A program made the translations under genes and the position numbers. The notes beneath the pieces are model-generated. The model ran no database searches, was not told where the DNA came from, and was given only the letters and a program-made list of their open reading frames with translations. Positions 57,701 through 64,000 of a stretch of DNA of 64,000 bases are shown here, piece after piece (position 1 is the first letter of the stretch; every line of letters starts with the position of its first letter). The stretch is taken from positions 41,992 through 105,991 of the forward strand of contig CAIPKV010000001.1 in assembly GCA_903865745.1 (NCBI GenBank), given 5' to 3'. This DNA is from an uncultured Verrucomicrobia subdivision 3 bacterium (lineage in GTDB: Bacteria; Verrucomicrobiota; Verrucomicrobiia; Limisphaerales; UBA11358).

Positions 57701-59320
57701 TAGCGCGATGGTCAGCAGCAGCGTCGTCAGTGTGATGGCCGGATGCCGCAGCACGACCGTCAGACTGCGTTCATACGCACCAAGCAGCGCGGCAAAAACT
57801 TTTTCGCTGAAGCGATAAATCTTTCCGTGCTCGTCCGGTCGGCGGTGCCGGAGCAGGCGCGAACACATCATCGGCGTGGTCGTAAGCGAAACGACCAGCG
57901 AAACGAGAATCGCCGTGGACAGCACGACGGCGAATTCACGGAACAAACGCCCGACGATGCCACCCATCAGCAGAATCGGGATGAACACCACCACGAGCGA
58001 AACGCTGATGGACAGCACGGTGAAGCCGACTTCCTGCGCGCCTTTCAGCGCCGCCTGCATTGGTTTCAAACCCATTTCCAAATGCCGCGTGACGTTTTCG
58101 ATGACGACAATCGCGTCGTCCACCACGAAGCCCGTCGAAATCGTCAGCGCCATCAGCGAAAGATTGTCCACGCTGTAACCAAACAAATACATCACGCCAA
58201 ACGTGGCGATCAGAGAAACCGGCACGACGACGGCAGGAATCAGCGTCGCGCGCGGGCTGCGCAGAAAAATGAACACGACCAAAATCACGAGCGCGATGGC
58301 GATGAGCAGCGTGCGTTCGATTTCGCGGACCGACGCGCGGATGGTCGTCGTGCGGTCGAGCACCACGTCCAATTTGATGCCGGCGGGAATGGAAGCTTTG
58401 AGCGATGGCAGTTCGGCCTTCACCCGGTCCACGGTATCAATGATATTCGCGCCGGGCTGGCGCAGAATGATGAGCGGGATGGCAGGCTTGCCGTTCAGAT
58501 AGCCGGCGGCGCGGACATTTTCCACGCTGTCCTGCACATTCGCCACGTCGGAAAGCCGGATGGCTGCGCCGTTGCGATACGCGACGATCAGGTTTTTGTA
58601 ATCGGCGGCCTTGTGCAACTGGTCATTCGCGAGAATGTCCAGCGTCGTCTGGTCGTCGGCAAGCTGGCCTTTCGCGAGATTCGCATTTTGCTGGGCCAAC
58701 ATCGCGCTGACATCGGTGAGGCTCAAGCCGAAGCTGTTCAGCAAAGTCGGATTGACATCCACTCGCACGGCTGGCAGCGCGCCGCCGCCGATGTTGACCG
58801 AGCCGACGCCTTGAATTTGCAGGAGCTTTTGCTGGATAATCGTCGAGGCTGCGTCGTAAAGCTGGCCGCGGTCGTAAATGTCCGAAGTCAGCGCGAGAAT
58901 CAGAATCGGCGCGTCGGCGGGATTGACTTTGCGATAGGTTGGATTGCTCGGCAGATTCGCGGGAAGATTTGCGCGAGCGGCGTTGATTGCCGCCTGCACG
59001 TCGCGCGCCGCGCCGTTGATGTCGCGGTTCAAATCGAATTGCAGCGTGATCGAACTCGAACCGAGCGTGCTCGACGAAGTCATTTCGTTCACGCCGGCGA
59101 TGTGGCCGAGCTGCCGTTCGAGCGGCGCAGCGACGGACGACGCCATGATTTCCGGACTCGCGCCCGGCAGCGACGCGCCCACGCTGATGGTCGGAAAATC
59201 CACCTGCGGCAGCGGCGCGACGGGCAGTTGCAAATACGCCACCGCGCCCGCCAACGCAATCGCCATCGTCAGCAGCGCCGTGCCGACCGGACGGCGGATG
59301 AATGGCGCGGAAATGTTCAT
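54764..59320 (-). CDS. mdtC: RND permease (MdtC/MuxC-like, aa 1 to ~1018) continuous in frame with a NodT-family outer-membrane-factor lipoprotein (~498 aa)
   Basis: The N-terminus, [39 protein letters not shown]..., is AcrB/MdtC-type and runs to ...[50 protein letters not shown] (signal peptide plus lipobox) follows directly, then OMF helices. The internal ATG is at 56260, and no stop codon separates the two parts. Confidence 0.85.
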   Translation of the reverse strand: MNISAPFIRRPVGTALLTMAIALAGAVAYLQLPVAPLPQVDFPTISVGASLPGASPEIMASSVAAPLERQLGHIAGVNEMTSSSTLGSSSITLQFDLNRDINGAARDVQAAINAARANLPANLPSNPTYRKVNPADAPILILALTSDIYDRGQLYDAASTIIQQKLLQIQGVGSVNIGGGALPAVRVDVNPTLLNSFGLSLTDVSAMLAQQNANLAKGQLADDQTTLDILANDQLHKAADYKNLIVAYRNGAAIRLSDVANVQDSVENVRAAGYLNGKPAIPLIILRQPGANIIDTVDRVKAELPSLKASIPAGIKLDVVLDRTTTIRASVREIERTLLIAIALVILVVFIFLRSPRATLIPAVVVPVSLIATFGVMYLFGYSVDNLSLMALTISTGFVVDDAIVVIENVTRHLEMGLKPMQAALKGAQEVGFTVLSISVSLVVVFIPILLMGGIVGRLFREFAVVLSTAILVSLVVSLTTTPMMCSRLLRHRRPDEHGKIYRFSEKVFAALLGAYERSLTVVLRHPAITLTTLLLTIALNIYLFVIVPKGFFPQQDNGTIMGGIQGSQDASFPAMQSAAVRFVRAITNDPAVQNVVAFTGGGGAANSGFIFMALKPLDERKVGADQVIARLRPKLGTVPGAALFLQAGQDLRIGGRQSSAQYQYTIQSENLDDLVKWGPILLEQMKKLHGFTEVNTDQQNNGLQASLVYDRATAARLGISPQTIDQTLYQAFGQAQVSTMYSSLNQYHVVMEAAPQFLQGPQGLDGIYLHATNSSAMVPLSAVAHYEPTTAPIAVNHQGQFPSVTLSFNLVPGFALSDAVKAIQQMEQQIKMPETIHGNFSGTLQAFQQSLATEPFLILAALIAVYIVLGMLYESYIHPITIISTLPSAGVGAVLALLIFKTDLSIMAVIGILLLIGIVKKNAIMMVDFALAAEREEGKNSRDAIFQACLLRFRPILMTTMSALFGALPLILSNGTGSELRRPLGITIVGGLIMSQALTLYTTPVVYLYLDRLRLRWERMHKNKNTHKLALQPAAIVAIAGFALFVSGCSFAPHYAKPSVQTPGAFKELTLAQTQTTDGWKTAEPKDGALRGQWWKMFGDTNLNVLEEQVNISNQTVAVALENFLSSRAVVKQARSGFFPTASADPSVTRARQPLAGNGSKALTVTEYTLPLDASWEPDFWGSIRNAYKASKFAEQASLADLENTRLTVQSELAEDYFTLHSLDSQKALLDSTVVAYRKSLNLTQVLHKTGIDSDQDVAQAETELTTIEAQDTDIGIQRAQMEHAIALLTGQPASSFSIATCPLTARPVAIPFGLPSQLLERRPDIAAAERGVAQANAQIGEARAAYFPNITLSGAVGYQSQNTASLFSGPAFAWSLGGALAETIFDAGKRQAVTEQAWASYRGTVATYRETVLTAFQEVEDDLASLRILSQELQQQNAAVASSQRYLDLANTRYRLGVDSYLNVIVAQTTLLSNQRTALNLQMEQMTANVQLINALGGGWDASHGGTTGKSSNAAQ

Positions 59321-62300
59321 CCGATTTCAGCGGGAATAATTCCCTCGTTTTTAACCGTCGCATCCGAGCTTGAAAACTTTGCGGCGAGCCGGCCAAACCA
59401 CAAATAAATCACCGGTGTCGTGTAAAGCGTCAGCACCTGGCTCACGATCAGGCCGCCGACAATGGCAATGCCGAGCGGCTTGCGCAATTCCGAGCCGACG
59501 CCGTTGCCAAACGCCAGCGGCAAACCGCCGAACAGCGCCGCGAAGGTCGTCATCAAAATCGGCCGGAAACGTAGCAGGGACGCCTGATAAATGGCTTCGT
59601 GCGGCGGACGGTTTTCCTTCCGCTCCAAATCGAGTGCGAAATCAATCATCATAATCGCGTTCTTTTGCACGATGCCGATGAGTAAAATAATTCCGATCAA
59701 TGCGACTACGCCGAGTTCCGTCCCTGTGACCAGCAGCGCGAGAATTGCCCCCGCGCCGGCTGATGGCAACGTCGAGAGAATGGTGATCGGATGAATGTAA
59801 CTTTCGTAAAGCACGCCGAGGATGATATACACCGTGATGATCGCTGCGAGAATCAGCCAAGGCTCGTTGGCGAGCGAGGCGATAAACGCCTGCGCCGTGC
59901 CCTGAAACGACGCCTGCACGCTCAACGGCATGTTCATTTCTTTTTGCGCAGCTTCAATGGCTTTGGTTGCTTCGCCGAGCGCCGCACCGGGCGCGAGGTT
60001 GAATGAAATCGTCACCGCCGGAAATTGTCCCTGATGATTGATGGCGAGCGGCGCGACGCCGGATTCAAAATGCGAAAACGCGCTCAACGGCACTGCGCCG
60101 CCGGAAGTGGACAGCACATAAATGTCATTCAGCTTTGACGGGTTGCGTTGAAATTCCGGCAGTGCTTCCAAGATGACGTGATATTGGTTGAGCTGCGTGA
60201 ATAACGTGGAAATCTGCCGCTGGCCGAACGCGTCGTAAAGCGCGTTGTCAATCGCCGACGGAGTGATGCCGAGCCGCGACGCCGTCACGCGATCAATCAC
60301 CAGCGTCGCTTGCGCGCCGTGCGTTTGCTGGTCGGTCGCCACATCGCGGAGCTGCGGCAACGTCTGCATTTTTTCCACGAGCTTCGTTGTCCACTGGTTC
60401 AACTCGTCGGCGTTGGCGTCTTCGAGCGTGTATTGGTATTGCGTGCGGCTCACACGGTCTTCCACCGTCAAATCCTGCACCGGCTGCATGTTCAGCGTGA
60501 TGCCTTCGACTTTCGCCAACTCCGGCTGCAAGCGGCGAATCACGTCGCTCGCGCTGATTTTCCGTTCTTCGAGCGGCTTGAGGTTGATGAGAATGCGTCC
60601 GCTGTTCAGCGTCGCGTTGATGCCGTCCACGCCGATGAATGACGACAAACTTTCCACCGCTGGGTCTTTCAAAATCACCTGCGCCAGCGCCTGCTGCCGT
60701 TCGGCCATCGCGGTGAAGGAAATGTTTTGCGCGCCGTCGGAAATGCCCTGAATCACGCCGGTGTCCTGCACGGGGAAAAAGCCTTTTGGCACGATGACGT
60801 AGAGCAAAATCGTGAACACCAGCGTGCCGACGGCCACGAACAGCGTTGCGGTCTGGTGCTTCAAAATCGTTTGCAGCGTGCGGCCGTAAAATTTGATGAT
60901 GCGGTCATAAACCCGTTCGGACGCTTCAAAAAAACGCCCGTGCTTTTTCTCATCGGCTTTCGCCTTGAGCAGACGCGAGCACATCATCGGCGTGAGCGTC
61001 AACGAAACACAGGCGGAAACGAGAATGGTCACGCTCAACGTCACGGCAAATTCACGGAACAGGCGGCCAACGATGTCGCCCATGAACAGCAGCGGAATCA
61101 ATCCGGCGATCAGCGAAATCGTCAGCGAAATAATCGTGAAGCCGATTTGTTCCGCGCCTTTCAACGCGGCTTGCAGCGGCTTTTCGCCCAGCTCGATGTA
61201 GCGAAAAACGTTTTCGATCATCACGATGGCGTCGTCCACGACGAAGCCGGTGGAAATCGTCAGCGCCATGAGCGTGAGATTGTTCAGGCTGTAGCCGAGC
61301 AGATACATCACGCCCAGTGTGCCGACGAGCGACAGCGGCACGGCGACGCTGGGGATGATCGTGGCGTAAACATTACGAAGGAATAAAAAAATCGCCAGCA
61401 CCACCAGCGCGATGGTGAGCATCAGCGAAAACTGCACGTCGCGCACCGACGCGCGGATTGTCGTCGTGCGGTCGGTGAGGATGGAAACGTCCATGGACGC
61501 CGGCAGATTTGCCTTGAGCTGCGGCAAAAGTTGTTTCACGCGGTCCACGACTTGAATGATGTTCGCGCCAGGCTGCCGCTGAATATTCAGGATCACGGCC
61601 CGTGTGCTATTCGCCCATGCGGCGAGCTTGGTGTTCTCGACATCATCAATCACCTTCGCCACGTCGGACAAAACTACCGGCGCGCCGTTGCGATACGCGA
61701 CGACGAGCGACTGGTAATCCTTGCTGCTCAAAAGCTGGTCGTTGGCGTTGATTTCGTAGGCTTGGTGCGTGCCGTCAAAATTGCCTTTAGCCAGATTCAC
61801 ACTTGCAGTTTGCAATGCGGAGCGAAGGCTCTCCAGACTGATCCCGTAAGAAGAAAGAGCGGTAGGATTTGCTTGGATGCGAACTGCCGGTTTTTGTCCG
61901 CCACTGATGGTGACTAGGCCAACACCCGTGACTTGCGAAATTTTCTGCGCGAGTCGCGTATCGGTGAAATCCTCGACCTGCGACAACGGATACGTTTTTG
62001 ACGTGATCGCCAGCGTCATGATCGGCGCGTCGGCAGGATTGGATTTGCTGTAAATCGGCGGCGACGGCAGGCCGGTGGGCAGATACGTTTGCGCCGCGTT
62101 GATGGCCGCCTGCACTTCCTGCTCGGCCACGTCAATGTTCAGATTGAGCGCGAATTGCAGCGTAATGATCGAGCTGCCGCCGGAGCTGATCGAAGTCATC
62201 TGGTTGAGTCCGGGCAACTGGCCGAACTGCCGTTCGAGCGGCGCGGTGATGGCGGACGCGGAAACATCCGGGCTTGCGCCGGGATAAAACGTGACGACTT

Positions 62301-62436
62301 GAATCGTCGGATAATCCACCTCCGGCAGCGCGGAAACGGCGAGCTGTTTGTAGGCAATGAAGCCGGTCAACAGCACGGCGACCATCAGCAGCGACGTCGC
62401 CACCGGTCGCAAAATAAATGGCTTTGACGGACTCAC
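59317..62436 (-). CDS. mdtB: RND permease, MdtB/MuxB-like
   Basis: [52 protein letters not shown]...[13 protein letters not shown] is near-colinear with MdtB over 1039 aa. It overlaps its neighbours by 4 nt at both ends. Confidence 0.95.
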   Translation of the reverse strand: MSPSKPFILRPVATSLLMVAVLLTGFIAYKQLAVSALPEVDYPTIQVVTFYPGASPDVSASAITAPLERQFGQLPGLNQMTSISSGGSSIITLQFALNLNIDVAEQEVQAAINAAQTYLPTGLPSPPIYSKSNPADAPIMTLAITSKTYPLSQVEDFTDTRLAQKISQVTGVGLVTISGGQKPAVRIQANPTALSSYGISLESLRSALQTASVNLAKGNFDGTHQAYEINANDQLLSSKDYQSLVVAYRNGAPVVLSDVAKVIDDVENTKLAAWANSTRAVILNIQRQPGANIIQVVDRVKQLLPQLKANLPASMDVSILTDRTTTIRASVRDVQFSLMLTIALVVLAIFLFLRNVYATIIPSVAVPLSLVGTLGVMYLLGYSLNNLTLMALTISTGFVVDDAIVMIENVFRYIELGEKPLQAALKGAEQIGFTIISLTISLIAGLIPLLFMGDIVGRLFREFAVTLSVTILVSACVSLTLTPMMCSRLLKAKADEKKHGRFFEASERVYDRIIKFYGRTLQTILKHQTATLFVAVGTLVFTILLYVIVPKGFFPVQDTGVIQGISDGAQNISFTAMAERQQALAQVILKDPAVESLSSFIGVDGINATLNSGRILINLKPLEERKISASDVIRRLQPELAKVEGITLNMQPVQDLTVEDRVSRTQYQYTLEDANADELNQWTTKLVEKMQTLPQLRDVATDQQTHGAQATLVIDRVTASRLGITPSAIDNALYDAFGQRQISTLFTQLNQYHVILEALPEFQRNPSKLNDIYVLSTSGGAVPLSAFSHFESGVAPLAINHQGQFPAVTISFNLAPGAALGEATKAIEAAQKEMNMPLSVQASFQGTAQAFIASLANEPWLILAAIITVYIILGVLYESYIHPITILSTLPSAGAGAILALLVTGTELGVVALIGIILLIGIVQKNAIMMIDFALDLERKENRPPHEAIYQASLLRFRPILMTTFAALFGGLPLAFGNGVGSELRKPLGIAIVGGLIVSQVLTLYTTPVIYLWFGRLAAKFSSSDATVKNEGIIPAEIG

Positions 62437-64000
62437 TGCGAATCTTTCTTGTGCCAGCCGCCTTTGCCCGCGCCGCCGCCATTCGCCGACCGGAGCGTCA
62501 CTTTCGCGCCGTCGGTCAGCTTGTTGAAATTATCGGCGGCAACCACCGTGTCCGGATCAATGCCATCCACCGCCGAAACATTCCCATCGGTGGTGTCAAT
62601 CGTGATGGTTTGCATCGCCACGGTTTGATTCGTTCCGGTTTTATCCGGCTTGATCAGATACACGAACGCACTGTCGGCGTTACGCTGAATGACTGTGTTC
62701 GGCAGCAGCGTCGCGTCCTCAATCGTGTCCACGAGCAACCGCGCGTTGACGAATTGATTCGGGAACAGCGTTTCGTCGGCGTTGGTGAAAACCGCCTTGA
62801 GCTTGACTGTGCCCGTGGTCGGATCAATCTGGTTGTCCACAGTCAGCAAAGTTCCCGTCGCCAGTTTTTTGGTCTGCGCGCGGTCGAACGCGTCCACGGC
62901 CAGCGTATTTCCCGCCGTCAATTGCTTCTGGATTTGCGGCAGGTCGTCTTCCGCGACGTTGAAAATCACGGCAATCGGCTGCAGCTCCGTGATGACGAGC
63001 AAGGGATTCGTGCTGTTGGCTTGAACGATGTTGCCACTGTCCACCAGGCGCAGGCCCACGCGCCCGGAAATCGGCGAGGTGATGTGGCAGTAAGCGAGTT
63101 GCACCTTGGCGTTGTCCAACAGGCCTTGGTCCAGTTTGACCGTGCCTTCGTCTTGATGAACGGCCGCGACTTGCGTGTCCAACTGCTGTTTGGGAATCGC
63201 GTTGCTGGCGAACGCTTCCTGATAGCGTTCCAAGTCGAGCCGGGCATCTTCAAGCTGCGCCGTGTCGCGTGCCAACTGGCCTTCAGCCTGGGTCAATGCC
63301 GCCTGATTCGGGCCGGGATCAATTTCCACCAGCGGGTCGCCCGCGTGAACCAGCTGGCCTTCCTGATAATTCACCTTGGTTATCTGCCCCTGCACGCGGC
63401 TGACAATCGAAACCGTATTGAGCGGCGTCACACTCGGCCCCACAATTGCAGCCGTTGTTGCCGCAAGCGCGGTCGTGCGTTGCTGGAAAGACACGCCATT
63501 ACTGGCAGACAGGAGCATGGTCGCGTTGCGCGCGCCGGAGTCAAGCAACTCGCGAATCATGACGCCCGCCTTGGCCCATGGGTCGGTGGGCGTGATGCCG
63601 GTGACGCGCGCAGTCAAGGTGCCGTCGCCGGTGCGTGTCTGGTAAAGGAACCGGAAGGCGTCGCCTAGGTTCCAAATGTCCAGTCCGCTGCCGGAAACGG
63701 TGAATGTCGCGCCGTTCGTCGAGACATTGCCGGCATTGCCGGCGTTGCCGATGTCCTGTGTCTGCCACGTTTGCGCCGAAATTGCGGCGGGCATTTGCGT
63801 ATCGGCGGCAAGGTTCACGGCATCAATGAAAACCTGCTGGTTGCTGGCCGTAAGCGCGCTAGCGTCAATGCGGAAGGCGAAATTCGTCGAGAAGAAAAGA
63901 GCGTCCGGACCGATATTATAGCGGGTATCGGTGAAGTTCAGCCACACACTTTGCAATTCATCATAAGACCAGGATTGGTTCACCGGATAATATTCATCGC
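62433..64000 (-). CDS. mdtA: MdtA/MuxA-like periplasmic adaptor (HlyD family) whose ORF continues upstream into a lectin/glucanase-like beta-sandwich region and off the window
   Basis: Adaptor region [30 protein letters not shown]...[11 protein letters not shown]...[13 protein letters not shown]. The upstream ~170 aa ([46 protein letters not shown]) are not adaptor-like. The frame stays open to position 64000 (..[10 protein letters not shown]), and the tracked start at 63983 is a GTG. Confidence 0.8.
   Translation of the reverse strand, partial: DEYYPVNQSWSYDELQSVWLNFTDTRYNIGPDALFFSTNFAFRIDASALTASNQQVFIDAVNLAADTQMPAAISAQTWQTQDIGNAGNAGNVSTNGATFTVSGSGLDIWNLGDAFRFLYQTRTGDGTLTARVTGITPTDPWAKAGVMIRELLDSGARNATMLLSASNGVSFQQRTTALAATTAAIVGPSVTPLNTVSIVSRVQGQITKVNYQEGQLVHAGDPLVEIDPGPNQAALTQAEGQLARDTAQLEDARLDLERYQEAFASNAIPKQQLDTQVAAVHQDEGTVKLDQGLLDNAKVQLAYCHITSPISGRVGLRLVDSGNIVQANSTNPLLVITELQPIAVIFNVAEDDLPQIQKQLTAGNTLAVDAFDRAQTKKLATGTLLTVDNQIDPTTGTVKLKAVFTNADETLFPNQFVNARLLVDTIEDATLLPNTVIQRNADSAFVYLIKPDKTGTNQTVAMQTITIDTTDGNVSAVDGIDPDTVVAADNFNKLTDGAKVTLRSANGGGAGKGGWHKKDSQ

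Noticed and set aside
57743-59407. 554-aa plus-strand ORF; also 62418..63668 (416 aa) and 60727..61386
   Set aside because: They are antisense to the RND and adaptor genes. Their extreme Arg/His/Asp/Gln bias is typical of GC-rich shadow frames.

Overview
The window is about 55% GC and looks like a PVC-type (Verrucomicrobia-like) chromosome; that guess rests only on gene content and A-rich start contexts.

Left to right, the window contains:
- **1-1.6 kb:** a partial amtB plus glnK on the minus strand, with a sigma54-type promoter.
- **1.6-12 kb:** a Bat/MoxR aerotolerance-type operon (MoxR, DUF58, DUF4381, BatA, BatB/C, BatD, BatE) interrupted by a GH35 beta-galactosidase.
- **12-30.8 kb:** housekeeping genes: a Gfo/Idh/MocA oxidoreductase, dapA, dapB, folK, yggS, an EVE protein, an SGNH esterase, a LOG-family protein, malic enzyme, kdsB, pyrG, folC and an sdhCAB-like operon.
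- **30.87-46.5 kb:** a tRNA-Met(CAT), then an integrative element of about 15 kb or more. It carries a tyrosine integrase, excisionase-type HTH proteins, a DnaB/RepA-like helicase, a split DUF5131 gene, DUF4326, an XRE repressor and many orphan ORFs.
- **46.6-51.6 kb:** a cluster of four consecutive GYF_2-domain proteins, one with about 18 TPRs.
- **51.6-54.2 kb:** an XRE regulator, a secreted HExxH/TPR protein and a lone receiver protein.
- **54.8-64 kb:** an MdtABC/MuxABC-OpmB-type RND efflux operon.

The most unusual observations:
- The second RND pump reads in frame, with no stop codon, into the outer-membrane-factor lipoprotein.
- The efflux adaptor ORF is chimeric, has a lectin-like N-terminus, and stays open to the window edge.
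- A 10-unit, exactly 21-bp-periodic array of TTCCC-N8-GGGAA palindromes lies at 20.47-20.68 kb.
- Two copies of a conserved stem-loop in the island show a compensatory base-pair change.
- One island ORF has an R/S-T-T/E-x-E pattern that fits an ADP-ribosyltransferase.
- Several intergenic regions share an architecture of tandem short oligomers in inverted orientation.

No CRISPR array, rRNA or transposase was seen. All family assignments come from motif recognition by eye; no searches were run.
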